A stretch of DNA of 64,000 nucleotides from Octopus bimaculoides (Eukaryota): contig NC_068991.1 of NCBI RefSeq assembly GCF_001194135.2, positions 44,151,716 through 44,215,715 on the forward strand, read 5' to 3'. The first letter of the stretch is position 1; every line of letters begins with the position of its first letter. The translations under genes and the position numbers were made by a program. Positions 13,070 through 25,890 of this stretch are shown here, in pieces. The notes below the pieces were generated by a model. It made no database searches. It was given only the letters and a program-made list of their open reading frames with translations, and was not told the origin of the DNA.

Positions 13070-13305
13070 AGTTGTTGAAGATGACGATGAACAGTTGTAT
13101 GGTTTGAACTAAACTTTATTGCCAATTCTTCAACTGATAAGGCAGGATTTTCTTCAAGTAATGCCTCAAGGAGCTTATCATCAAACTCAACTGGATGTCC
13201 TGTTCGATCCACTTCAGCTGCAAAGTTTCCTTTTTTGTACTCATAAAGCATTATGTGCCTCAAATGCTCTTTGGATACTTCCATGTTAGAAAGGGTTTTA
13301 ATCAA
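13070..13305 (-). pseudogene. Mariner transposase N-terminal HTH remnant
   Basis: MEVSKEHLRHIMLYEYKKG...RTGHPVEFDDKLLEALLEENPALSVEELA resembles Mos1/SETMAR HTH regions, with an internal deletion; cut by gap. Confidence 0.9.
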
Positions 13306-13484
13306 AGAAATTTCAATTCTATTATTCTGTAAAATAATATTTAATTAGTTTAAATGTATACAAATGCATAAAAATAATTTTTAATTCCATCAGACATTCT
13401 AAAATACTATTAAATTTCATTCAATTTTAAAATAGGTAAAATCAGACAGAACTTATGGGATGACCTGATATATATATATATGTA

Positions 13485-14516
13485 CAGTACTGTGCAAAAG
13501 TCTTTGGCTACTTTAAATTATTGTAAATTTCTACTAATTGCCAACTTATAAGTTCATGTTTTGCATTGTGTTTTTTATCGATGAAATATTGGCCCTGTTG
13601 GAGTCATTTCCATACCTAATCATTATATTTTGTAGTAGGGGTTCTGAAAGAGAGGGAAAGATGCGAGATGACCACCAAAAATGGCCATGCAAAAGTTTTC
13701 AGCCAGCTCACACAAACCAATCAAAATACAGTGTTTTAAAACAGAAAAATGTCTATAATGAAAATTTATTACATAATGTTCATTTCAAGAAGTTTCTGAA
13801 TATTGTTAATATTTCGTGTGGCTTCCCTTAGCTTGAATAATTACTTCAATGCACCTGGGAAGAGATGCATTACAAATCCTTCACCATCTTCACAGGTATG
13901 AGATGCCATTCTCTGTGGCTGAGCTTCCACAACTCTTCAAGATTGCATAGATTCTTCTGAAGATCCCTTCTCTTTAGTTCTGTCCCATATTCTCAATGAT
14001 ATTTTAGTCAAGGCTCTGAGCTGATCAATCTTTCAATAAGGTAACACCTTCATCAGCCAAATTCTGTTGTGTTGCATGTGATCTGTGACATGGAACTCCA
14101 TCATGCTGAAAAATCTTGCCTTCATCCAAGATTGGTATCAAATTGTCCTTCAGCAACTGGATGTATTTGGCACTATTCAAGTTACTGTCAATTTCTTACC
14201 AACTTACTTGAACCATCACTTTTTTATGTATCCCCAATGCATCAGACTTACCCCCAAATTTCACTGTTTTCATCATGTAACGTGGGTCGTTTTGCTTTCT
14301 AATAAGAGAGAATTAGTCAGAAGGCCTACAGGAAAGTGAAACAACTGTTACATGACAAAAACAGGGAAGTCTGGGGGTAAGAGTCTGATGGAAATGACTC
14401 CAACAAAGCCAATGTTTCAGCTGTAAAAAATGCAATGCAAAACATCCACTTATAAGTTGGCAATTAGTAGAAATTTACAATAATTTAAAGTGGCCGAAGA
14501 CTTTTGCATGGTACTG
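13485..14516 (-). mobile_element. Tc1-family transposon, internally deleted, both long TIRs and TA TSD present
   Basis: TA|CAGTACTGTGCAAAAGTC ... GACTTTTGCATGGTACTG|TA with about 130-bp TIRs; remnants QHDGVPCH and *SAQSLD*NIIENM of the DD34E domain. Confidence 0.93.
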
Positions 14517-14553
14517 TATCATCATACACACTAGCTGAGTATTCTGTCTTTAC

Positions 14554-14663
14554 CAGATGATTTTCACAATAGAATGCCTTGGCAGACTTTTGGAATAGTA
14601 CATCCACATAAGTTGGATTTCCCCTATTTTCATGAGAGTTTTGCAAATTTCTTTTCACCACAC
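14554..14663 (-). CDS. Candidate exon (VVKRNLQNSHENRGNPTYVDVLFQKSAKAFYCENHL)
   Basis: ctattttcaaag| acceptor, CTG|gtaaag donor, single open frame. Confidence 0.35.
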
Positions 14664-16040
14664 CTTTGAAAATAGATTATTTTTTTATGAAAAAAGTTTT
14701 GAAAAATTTACGAATCCCCCTCCTCCAATTCAGTCCAATTGTTTTTGCACTACACACTTAACCCATTACCTACCAGTGATCTCATATGAGATCACTTAAA
14801 AATTACAAATTTCGTAATTATCTGTCAATATTCACACATATCTAACCTTTTTGCTATATCTACTAGGTATATTTCTCTGATATTCAAATGAGGTTTGCTA
14901 TTTTTTCACCCAATATCTCGCTTATTTCTATTTAAAATGTTATTTTGAAATGTTATTTTGATGATTCCAGCGTGTTTCAAAGGCTGTTTTATGCTAGAAA
15001 TCAAAGTTTCATAAAAAAAAATTTCAGTTAATAGAATTATAGGAGGTGATGAGTTAAAAACAATGGGAAGAAATTTTGAAAATTTATGAATTTCTTCACT
15101 TACTAAATACTGATTTTGGTTAAATTTTTGTACTGTGCACTTAAAAATGATGGGAGAAGACTCGAAGGTTAAAAAAATAATTTGGGAAATCAGCAAATAC
15201 CATTACATTCCACACTTCCTTTATTTTCAAACAGCAAATAAAATGTAATTTAAAAACAGTAGTGAAATTTTTAAAAAATTACTTCAACCACCACCACCAC
15301 CATAAATCCTAAAAGTTTTATTTTTAATTTAAAAAAAAATCATAATTTTAAAATACAGATAGTCCAATCAGCAATTTGTTTCTGTTTATAATTTCAAAAC
15401 AATTTTCAAGCAAAAAAGTGTGTGATTTAAGGGAGATTTAGCTATTGTTTCTAAAACAATCACGACCACCTGGTACCTTCCTTATTTCTTTCTTACACAT
15501 ATTGATGTTTAACCCCTCACCCCACATCAATCAAGTTCGTGTGTATGTGTGTGTGTGTGTAAGAAAAATCATATTTACTAACAAAAAAGTATACTATTAA
15601 AATAAATTTTCTTTTGCAAACCTTTTTTAAGTCACTCTGTTGCCTTAATGAGATTCTTTTCACATATGCATACACACATATTGACAAGCACACACACACA
15701 CTCAGTGTGAGCAATATATTTTTGTAGAGAGTGACAGAGAGGGAAAAAGTTTACCATGAGAGAAGCAAAAAATGAAAGAGATTTTGAAATTTTAAAATTA
15801 AGTGAAAATTTTTTAAAATTTTGTATATTGATGTACTTTTTCATGCTGATGTTTGTGATTCATTTATTCTAGAAAAATTTTAGCAAAATGTTACAGAGGT
15901 TTAAATTTTATCATTTTACCCAAACAGAAAACAAGATTTGTGTGTAATAGCTGTGATGAAATGAAAGTAAACATTAGAAGATGAAGTGTTTTAAACAAAA
16001 TGAAAGCAATGCATGAGAGATAATACATACATACATACAT

Positions 16041-16125
<85 letters not shown>

Positions 16126-16399
16126 CACACACACAGAGAAAGTGAGAGAGTATGTGTGTGTAGAGAGAGAGTTTAGTAAATAATAGAGAGAGATAAATTC
16201 ATGATGACAAATAGAGAGTTGGTCTAGAAGTTGAGTTATTTCTCATAGCTAATTACATTTTTTAATTATTATGTATGAATGACCTTCACTCTGCGATGCA
16301 AATTTCAAAAATCAGATTTGTTTTACTTGAGGACACACCATTTCAGAGCCTTTCAGGGCTAAACACACATACATGACCACAAACACTCACATTTAGGCA

Positions 16400-16790
16400 C
16401 AAGCATGACTGTGTGGTCCCACTGTATGGCACCTAAAGTAATTGTCTTCTACAATGGCCTTTGGCCAACCAAAGCCTTGTGAGTGGATTTGGTAGGCAGA
16501 AACTGAAAGAAACGCATTGTATATGTATGTGTGTGTGTGTGTGTGTGTGTGTGCATGTCTTTGTGTATGTGTTTGTCCCTCCCATCACTGCTTGACAATT
16601 GGTGTTGGTATGTTTACATCCCTGTAACTTAACAGTTTGGCAAAAGAGACCAATAAAATAAGTACTAGGCTTAAGAAATAAGTTCTGGGGTCAATTTGTT
16701 TAACTGAAACTCTTCAAGGTCATGCTCCAGCATGGCCCACAGCCAAATGACTGAAACAAGTAAAAGAATAAAAGAATAAAGGAATATAAA
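16400..16790 (+). mobile_element. CORE-type SINE with internal (GT)n
   Basis: Family match, 5' and 3' modules. Confidence 0.85.
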
Positions 16791-16811
16791 TTGAGGGGGT
16801 AAATATATGAT

Positions 16812-16912
16812 GGGCTTCTTTCAGTTTAAATCTAGCAAATCCACTCACAAACTTTGGTTGGTCTGGGGCTATAGCAGAAGACACTTGCCTGAGGTGCAAC
16901 ACTGTGGGACTA
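16812..16912 (-). mobile_element. CORE-type SINE fragment, inverted relative to the 16400 copy
   Basis: ctttcagttt...aaatccactcaca...gaagacacttgcc. Confidence 0.8.
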
Positions 16913-17170
16913 AGGAGTGGGAGAGAAGAAAAAAAGAAGACTCTACTCCAGTATTTGATTGATACATTATTTATCAACTCCAAAAGGAATTAAAGGCAAA
17001 GTTGGCCTTGACAGGATTTGAACTCACAGTGAGAAAGCAAGAATAAATAGCACATGACCATTCAATCCAATACTCTAATGACTCTGCTTAAGTACTTTTA
17101 TTTTCAGGACAAAAAATGAGATTTCTCTGTTAATAACATGGTAGTATTTGTACTCCTTTTCTTATGTGTG

Positions 17171-17215
<45 letters not shown>

Positions 17216-17994
17216 ATGGTTATGTTTCAATTGTGGATTCAAACAGAGACACTTCAATAGTACCCCCAACAACCCTATAGGTCATGAGACATTAGTCTAT
17301 ATTAGTATTTTTGTTTTCCAATATTTATGGGTGTAAATGATAGCCATATAATCAGGGTTTAATAGCTATAGAAATTTTACAGCAATTTTCCGTACATACA
17401 CATTTTTCTTTTCTTTTTTTTTGTTCAGTCTGTCTATCTATCTATCTATCTACTCTTCCTGCCTGCATGCCTGTCTGTGTGTTTGCCTGTCTGTCACTCT
17501 GTATGTATTTAGGTGTTAATATAGTAGTAATGCAAATCAACCCAGATTAATGGTGACTCATTTACAAACATATATATCAATACATTACTAACAATGTCAC
17601 TTTACACTTGTAGATGACTAACATGAAAACTGTGTATATGAAGTAAATAATCTCTGAGAGATATTAGCTAGCTAAAAGTGAATATTTTTCATAGCTAAGA
17701 TGGCCCACAAATTATAAAGGGGTCAGAAAAAAAGGAGCTTCTTATGTTTGTGTCAGTCATGCCATTGCAAGGTCATAGAGTATCATGAGGGAAGTTGTTA
17801 CAAGTGAAAACTAAAACAAGGTCACCAACTTGGCTTACTAATAACATCCTTTTATACCATCACATCTGCCACAAGTTGCCTAATAATAATACAGGTTGAA
17901 TATAAAGGACAGATATCTGGTGCAAGCTGAAGAGGAGTATGTTTATAAACTATATATAAAAGTAGTGACGATAATGATGATGATGAAAATGATA

Positions 17995-18175
17995 ATGGTT
18001 TCAAATTTTGCCACAAGGGCAGAAATTTTGGGGGAGGGGATGAGTTGATTACATCGACCCCAGTGTTCAACTGGTACCTATTTTATCAACACTGAAAGGA
18101 TAAAAGGCAAAGTTGACCTCAGCAGAATTTGAACTCAGAACATAGAGTTGGAAAAAATATTGCAAAACATTTTTT
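17995..18175 (-). mobile_element. Deu/Nin-type SINE
   Basis: Reverse complement of the family at 4720. Confidence 0.8.
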
Positions 18176-18214
18176 TGATGTTTAATAATAATAATAATAA
18201 TAATAGTAATAATG

Positions 18215-18252
<38 letters not shown>

Positions 18253-18259
18253 CATCATC

Positions 18260-20790
18260 ATCATTTAACGTCTGCTTTCCATCCTGGCATGGGTTGGACG
18301 ATTTGACTGAGGACTGGCGAGCCAGATGGCTGCACAAGGCTCCAATCTGATCTGGCAGAGTTTCTATAGCTGGATGCCCTTCCTAACGCCAACCACTCCA
18401 AGAGTGTAGTGGGTGCTTTTATGTGCCACTGGCACAAGGGCCAGTCAGGCAGTACTGGCAATGGCCTCGCTCAAATGGTGTTTTTTACGTGCCACTGGCA
18501 TGGGAGCCAGTCAGCTGTCCTGGCAACAATCACGCTCGGATGGTGCTCTTAGCACTCCACTAGCACAGATGCCAGTCATGTGGTGCTGTCATCGAATTTG
18601 ATTTCGATTTCAATTTCACTTGCCTCAACAGGTCTTCGCAAGCAGAGTTTAGTGTACAATGAAGAAATGGTATGCATAAGTGGGCTGGTTACACCCCTGT
18701 CATAGGCCACAGGTTATGGTCTCACTTGGATTACCGGGTCTTCTCAAGCACAGCATATTACGAAAGGTCTCGGTCACTAGTCATTGCCTCGGTAAGGCCT
18801 TATGTTCAAAGGTTGTGCTTCACCACCTCATCCCAGGTCTTCCTGGGTCTACCTCTTCCACAGTTTCCCTCAACCGTTAGGGTGTGGCACTTTTTCACAT
18901 AGCTATCCTCATCCATTCTCGCCATATGACCATACCAGCGCAATCGTCTCTCTTGCACACCACAACTGATGCTTCTTAGGTCCAACTTTTCTCTCAAGGT
19001 ACTTACACTCTGTTGAGTATGCACACTGACATTACACATCCAGTGCTGCATACTAACTTCATTCCTTGCAAGCTTATGTATGTCCTCAGCAGTCACGGCC
19101 CATGTTTCGCTGCCATGTAGCACAGCTGTTCGTACACATTTGTCATAGTCTACCTTTTACTCTGAGTGAGAGGCCCTTTGTCACCAACAGCGGTAGGAGC
19201 TCTCTGAACTTTGCCCAGGCTATTCTTATTCTAGCAGCTACACTTTCAGAGCACCCACCCCTGCTACTGACTTGGTCACCTAGGTGACGGAGGCTATCAA
19301 CTACTTCTAGCTTTTCTCCCTGGAATGTGGCAGAAGTTGTTCTCTGCATATTTTCAGTGTTTGTTGCTCCTGAGCATCTGCCACATACAAAAAATATCTT
19401 CCCGGTTAGCCTTCCTTTGATATTGCTGCACCTCTTATGTGTCCATAACTTACACTGGGTACATCTTATAGAGTTTCTACCTACACCTTTTCTACAGATC
19501 GAGCAGGTTCATCTACCTGAAGGGATTTGTGTTTGTCTGCCTTCCTACTTATTAGGACTTAGATTTTAGCTAGGTTTTAGCCGGGTACAGAGATTTATCT
19601 TTGGCTAGGTATTTCTCCTGCAGCTGTCTTACCAGAAATATAGCATCAGTGGTGCTTTTCCCTGGCATGAACCCAAACTGCATCTCATCTAAACTGACAC
19701 TCTCCTTAATTAGTTGGGCTATGACCCTCACCGTGACCTTCATTACCTAATCCAACAACTTGATACCTCTGTAATTATTTGTATCTAAAGCATCACCTTT
19801 ACCTTTGTAGCTGTTGACTATGGTGCTGCTACACCTGTCATTGTGTATGACTCCTTTGTGTATCACCTGGTTAACTATATAGGTGACTAGGCTATAGCCA
19901 ACACCGCCAGATATTTTAAGCAACTCTGCAGTGATTCCTGATGGGCCAGGGGCCATACTCTTAATTGTCATACTCTTAATTGCTTTATCTACCAAGGTAC
20001 TGTCAATTTGGATAGCTGGTCCCTCTGTTGGATCGACATTCGGCAGACTCTCTTTCTCCCATTCATTCTCTTTATTGAGCAACCTTCCATAGTAGCGTCT
20101 CCAAACCTCTCTCTTTGCAGCCTCGTTTAGTGCAAGTGAACCATAAGATCATTTGCATCGCAGAACTCTGGCAGCCTGGTTCCCTCCTCATTGCGGGAAC
20201 CAAAACAATAGTCTCCATGTACGCCATGGAAGCCCCCTGCATGTTGTCCAACATATCCATTGAAATCACCAGCCACAAAGAGAAGGTCCCTGTCATTTGT
20301 CAACGAGGTAGTCTGCAATAGGGTGTTGTAAAATCGGTCTTTCTGGCCATCCGGTAGCCCCGGTTGATGGGCATAGGCCGAGATAATGGTTGTTAACCCA
20401 TGATGAAGCACTAATCTAATCTGAAGTACTTTGTCACATACTCTGACTACCTTGATTACCTTATCAACCCATTTCTTCGCAAGAAGTATACCCACGCCCC
20501 CAACCCTGTCAGTGTTCCCTGCCCAGAAAATCTTGTACCTGTGTTCTTTGCCTGTGAGGAACCTAGCAGAACCTCCTCTCCACCTTACTTCTTGGAGGCA
20601 GCACAAATCTACATGTCTTCGTTGAAGCATCTCAACAATCTCACCAGACCTATCTTTCAGTGTGCTGACGTTCAGTGTGCCAACCCTGAGGGTGTGGGAG
20701 GTGTGGGCCCATGAGACCCTGGGATGGGGGACAGCAGTGTCATGTACCTGTAAAGAAAGCTCGCATTTGGCAGAATTCATAAACAAACAA
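18260..20790 (-). mobile_element. RTE-clade LINE, degenerate, two internal deletions, 3' UTR with (GAT)n tail
   Basis: APE motifs LRVGTLNV, LCCLQEVRW, VAGDFNG; RT start NYRGIKLL, QFGFMPGKSTTDAIF; C-terminus RGRPRKTW; stops and frameshifts. Confidence 0.95.
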
Positions 20791-21433
20791 TAGCCTTCAA
20801 TTCAACCTGCATACACTACACCATCATTTTTATGCACTATATGATCACTACTTTACATAGGAGATAAACCCTAAGTAGAGGTGGGGATGGCGTAAAGACT
20901 TTAGAAGCATTCATGGGAGACAACCAAAGGATGACAGAAGATAGGAACTTCCGGTACAGGTGGAGGGGTAGGAGGGCAGGCATACCGCAAACTAGCAAAT
21001 TTAGACGAGAGCATCTTCTGGATTTGTATTATTTCAGCAGAGGTATTAAAAATAGAGTAGAGGAATCTGAATGCGTTCACTAGTTTATATAGGGTGGGGG
21101 TGGAGGAAGTTTTGGTGAAGCAAGTAGTAATCGAAAGAGAGAGAGACAGACAGACAGAGTGAGGCACAGAGAGAGGGGGGGCAGAGTTAGGATGGTCAGA
21201 ACACGAGGGAGAAAAATATTCTTTTGGGATTTTGGGTAACATAATTTAATGAAACAGCAAATGCCAATAATAGTAAAATAGAATTGAAACATCTTAGAAT
21301 TTTCAGTCAGCCAATCTATGACAAAATTAGAGAAATAAATGACGATGTGACAAAATCGAATAAATGAATATGTGGCGATTGAAGGATATACGTGAACTTA
21401 AGGTTATCTTAAGGCAATAATAATAATAATAAT

Positions 21434-21803
21434 AACAAGTGCATTCAGAGAGTGCAAACCTCTGCCAAGGCAACACCAACGTCCCCTCAATGATTAGCTG
21501 AAGAGGATTTTTAAAATGAGAATATCTGAAATAAACTCGACTGCTCTCACAAACAAGAATACTAAAAATGAACCTGACTGCTCTCAAAAATTAAGTAAAA
21601 AAAAAACGGAAAAGTAATCCAGAATCCTTGTCCAGTACTGGATTGATCCCAAAATCTAATCAGTTTGTGCCAGTCACAAGGTCAAACATCCCTGAGAGTT
21701 TCATCTGAATCCATCTGGTGGTTCTTGGGATATCTTGTCCACGGACAAACAAACAAATACAACTGAAAACTATACCTCTGCCTTCACTAAGGCGGAGGTA
21801 ATT
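21434..21803 (-). mobile_element. Helentron-associated (HINE/DINE-1-like) non-autonomous element
   Basis: Minus strand TTACCTCCGCC with 5' palindrome, GTTT/GTCC core, subterminal IR TTGGCAGAGGT and 3' stem-loop TGCActctctgaaTGCA. Confidence 0.75.
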
Positions 21804-22249
21804 ATCATTTTTTATTCACCACTGAGGGTTTATATAAAAGATTAGGGATGGTAGTGGACAACATAATTATGTAAAAAGGTAATAACAATAAAAATTATAA
21901 CGAATAAATCCTTAAAAGAGGGAGGCTTCCAAAGGTTGCTTGTAGAAACCCCACAAAAAAAAAAAAATCCATAGTTGCCTTGATCTCTAGACCAAGTGCC
22001 CTCTCCACTTCATCTACCCTCAATCTAGAGGTGCATGCTTAGAGTAAGCCTGTTCACTTGGGCCATTCACACTATATTCACCCACCTTTTAACAAAATAG
22101 CTGAAAGGCAGCACTTCCCTCTTTACTCTCACTTTCCTTATCAAGTGAAACTTGAAAAAGTTGATGTGGGCTTGGTCAAAGAAGAAAGTGTCTGTCTTCA
22201 GCCCTTTCAGCCTAATCCTTTCTATTATAGATACTTTGAGGGAAGGGGC

Positions 22250-23660
22250 TAGTCAGTTATGTTGATCCCAGTGCTTGACTGGTGCTTATTTTATCAACCC
22301 TGAAAAGATGAAAAGTAAAGTCAACATCAGCAGAATTTTAACTCAGAACATAAAATTGGAACAAATGCTGCTAAGCATTTTGTCTAGTGTGCTAATGATT
22401 CTGTAAGCTTGCTATCACCACCACCACCACCACCACTGCAACAACAGCAACAATCCTTTCTACTAAAGGCACAAGGCCTGAAATTTTGTGGGAGGGGATT
22501 AGTTGATTTCACTGACCCCAGTGTTTCACTGGTACTTAATTTATTGACTCTGAAAGGATGAAAGGCAAGGTCAACCTCAGTGGAATTTGAACTCAGAATG
22601 AAAAGACAGATGAAGTGCCTCTAAATGTTTCATCTGGTGTGCTCACAATTCTGCTAGTACAAATTAATTCTTTTATTCTTTTATCCTTTTACTTGTTTCA
22701 GTCAAATGACTGTGGCCATACTGGAGTACCACCTTTTAGTTGAAAAAATCGACCCCTCGAGTTATTCTTTGTAAGCCTGGTGCTTATTCTATTGGTCTCT
22801 TCTGCCAAACCACTAAGTTACGGGGACGTAAACACACCAACATTGGTTATCAAGTGATGGGAGGGGACAAACACAGATATAAACACACATAAATATATAC
22901 ATATATATATGTACAACAGGCTTCTTTCAGTTTCTGTTTACCAAATCCACTTAAAAGGCTTTGGTCAACTCAAGGCTATAGTAGAAGACACTCGCCCAAA
23001 GTGCCACGCAGCGGGACTGAACCCAGAACCATGTGGTTGGGAAGCAAGCTTCTTACCAGACAGCTGTGCCTTCATATAAGAATTATATAAACTTTTTTGA
23101 AACAGTGGGTCTCAAAGCACATGTGCTTCAATATCTAAATGCTATTCTTTATGGTTTTATGTGTTTCAGTGTTCCAAAACAGAATAATAACTATAATGCT
23201 TTGTAATTTTAGCACAAGGCTAGAAATTTTGAAGGGAAGAGGCAAGTTGATTACATTGACCCCAGTTCTTGAATGGTACTTTATTTTATCAACCTCAGAG
23301 GCTTGAAAGATAAAGTTGACCTCAGTGGGATTGGGACTCAGAGCCATTAGAGTTTTGAGAAAATGCTTTGTGATATTTCTTACAGCTTATGTTCAAATCC
23401 CATCATGGTCAGCTTTGCCTTTCATTCTTTTGGGGATCAGTTGAATAAAGTATCTGTTAACTGCTAGGATCAAAGGTATCGACTAACCTTCTCCTCTCAA
23501 AACTGTTGGCCTTGTGCTTAAGTCAGGAATTATTATTTGCCAGATCAGGTAGGAACGGTGGTAGATAGGCAGAATCATCAGATTGTTGAACAAAATACCT
23601 TGCAGCATTCCTTGTTTCTTACGTTTTGCCTCCAGGGTCAATAAAATAAGGCACAAGTGA
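22250..23660. mobile_element. SINE cluster: about five Deu/Nin-type and one CORE-type copy, mixed orientation
   Basis: Family matches at about 22250, 22455, 22675-23070, 23215, 23390 and 23560. Confidence 0.8.
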
Positions 23661-23829
23661 AATGGGTCAATTTAACCCTTTTGTTACTATTGGTTTGGTG
23701 CATAATTATTGTGGCTTTTTCTCAACAAATTTTATTCAACAAAAATATCTTTAAATGATTATTCTGGAGCATATTCACCATCTACTTCAATTACTGCTTC
23801 CCATTTGCTTGGTAGACAGTCAGACTGTC

Positions 23830-24197
23830 ATTACCTCCGCCAAGGAAAGAGGTTATGTTTTCATTGGTGTTGGTTTGTCCGTCTGTATGCAAAATAACTA
23901 AAAAAGTTGTGAACAGTATTTGATGAAACTTGCAGGAAAAGTTGGTAATGACACAAGGAAATTTTGGTAGTGATCCGGGAATTTTTATGGATTCTTGAAG
24001 AAATTTTCATTTGTTATATTTACTTTACATGAAGTATTACAATGTTACGTTCTTTGATTATCTCCCTTGAAAACACGTTCATCGTTTGCATGTAACCAAT
24101 GGTGGCGTTGCTGTTTCAAAAGTTTATTTTCGTTTCTCTGTTAGTAATTTTACTCGCGTATCTGTCTTAAAATGAGCTGCTTGGCGGAGGTGTGCAG
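23830..24197 (+). mobile_element. HINE/DINE-1-like element
   Basis: TTACCTCCGCCAAG ... CTTGGCGGAGGT subterminal IRs, gtttgtccgtctgt core. Confidence 0.75.
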
Positions 24198-24690
24198 AAG
24201 ATAACATGACAAGATTGGGATTGACTCAAAAAACACAGGCTTTGCTACCTCCACCGCTGCTATGAGCCCTATATCATCTGTATGATGTGGAAAATATCCC
24301 ATCAATATTGCGTATCTTTAAAATTCGTCCGAGGCTTGGCCCCCGTGCCATCCGTCCACTACAGAAATGTTCGTGTCGTATCACAACACTATGACAGAAC
24401 TATTTCACCTCAATTGGCCCTACTCTCTTCAACATTGTGCCAGACACACATAAAGGAAGAAAGTGACTTCATGACATTCAAACCATCCCTAGATGATTAC
24501 CCACAACAAATACCAGATAAACCACCCACACCCAGATATGTCTCTGAAAACAATAACCCTCTGCTTGAATGGGCTACGGTTACCAAGAGCTGACTGTATA
24601 TCTCTTCCAGGTGGTGCTTTTAAATTAGACATGGCCTGAGTCAACTTTGGCCAGAACTTATCTAAGTAATCTAATCTATGCTGTAACCTT
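24198..24690 (+). mobile_element. CR1-clade LINE 3' fragment
   Basis: EESDFMTFKPSLDDYPQQIPDKPPTPRYVSENNNPLLEW parallels FKSKLDLFLSRVPDEPT...NSILHQ at 56.0-56.1 kb. Confidence 0.75.
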
Positions 24691-25811
24691 TTAATCAAAG
24701 CATGACAACATGGGTAGAGGCTGATATCTTAACATTTCTGATGGTCTTAAGTATAAAAAAAAATTATTAAAGATTTATATAGAACTACATTCAGAGTATG
24801 TCTATAAGCTATTGTGTTTAGACCTGGTTTCTAGCCTCAAACTGTTCCATTTTGTAGATGCTATTTCTTTTTTAATAAAGCACTCCAAAATTAGAAAAAT
24901 TAAAAATCTGCAACAATCTCGGTCCCATGAGTATCGGATAATGGATTTTCAACTGTGTAAAGAAACTGATTGTGGTGATCGTAGTTTTGACGGTGATTGT
25001 GGTGACGATGGTCGAGATAAGTATGGGAGGAAGATAAAATAGTATCGGTGGTTATAATGGTGACAGGAGTGGTGTGATGTGTGATGCTGAGGTGATGGTG
25101 GTAATAGTGGTGTTGATGATAGTGGTAGTTGTGTGATGGTGGTATTGGAGTGGTTATACTGGTTGTGGTGGTGAAAGTGACTGTCAAGGTAACCGTTATG
25201 ATAACGTTGATGGTGGTGTATGTGGTTGAAGTGGAAGCAATGACAATGCTGCTGATGACGTTGGTGGTTGTGGTGGTGGTGATAGTGGTAGGATAGTTGT
25301 GGTGGTGATTGTGATATGGTGGTGGTGGTCGTCGTCGTCGTTGTCGTCGTAGTGCTGCTCCTTCTGTTTTGGCGGAAGTCTGTGCTCTCCAAGTGCTTTT
25401 CTAGTTTAAAAATGTTTTTGTTAAAAATTGTTATTGTTTTTGTTGAATAAAATTTGTTGTAAAAAAGCCGCAATAATTATGCACCAACCCAATATAATTC
25501 TGATGAAACACATTACCTTTACTTCAATTAATTTTGAAAATGATGAAAAATTTGGTAGCATAACTTTGTCATTGTAAACTGGTATTGGAACATATGAACA
25601 TGAAATGTTGATGGAAGGTTTTAATTTAGATCACTTTAAAACAGAAAGTTTCTATCAGAGAACCAGGCAGGTCTTAGGTAGGACTTAAGCAGCTTGGTAT
25701 CAAATGGGTTAATTGACTAACCCACTTCCATTGAAGTTGTTTGTCTTGTCCCTGATTTAGAAACAATTATTATTATATTTTTTCAAATTTTTAAAAGGCC
25801 AATTCTCAAAC

Positions 25812-25890
25812 CTTTTTCTCTGACAAATATTTCAAAATCTTCTTCCTTGTCATTTGAGATGGAAACAAGAAGTGAGGAAAGAAGAAATGT
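25812..25890 (-). CDS. Candidate exon (HFFFPHFLFPSQMTRKKILKYLSEKK or TFLLSSLLVSISNDKEEDFEIFVREK)
   Basis: Pyrimidine-rich acceptor ...actggcag|, AAG|gtttga donor; two frames open. Confidence 0.25.

Larger units (their letters stand above)
23690..25492 (-). mobile_element. Gutted mariner (Hsmar1/MADE1-like TIRs), TA TSD
   Basis: TA|TTGGTTTGGTGCATAATTATTG ... CAATAATTATGCACCAACCCAA|TA; transposase C-terminus LPSKWEAVIEVDGEY* at about 23760-23825 (-). Confidence 0.8.
23676..25708. mobile_element. piggyBac-type MITE split by a mariner insertion
   Basis: TTAA|CCCTTTTGTTAC at 23672 and GGTATCAAATGGG|TTAA at 25712; related uninterrupted copy at 40937-41156. Confidence 0.75.

Noticed and set aside
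12136-13305. Long ORFs spanning N runs (also 31577-32481, 35934-36373, 37049-37991, 62565-62855)
   Set aside because: Length comes from N gaps; only the mariner part (13070-13305) is real coding-derived sequence
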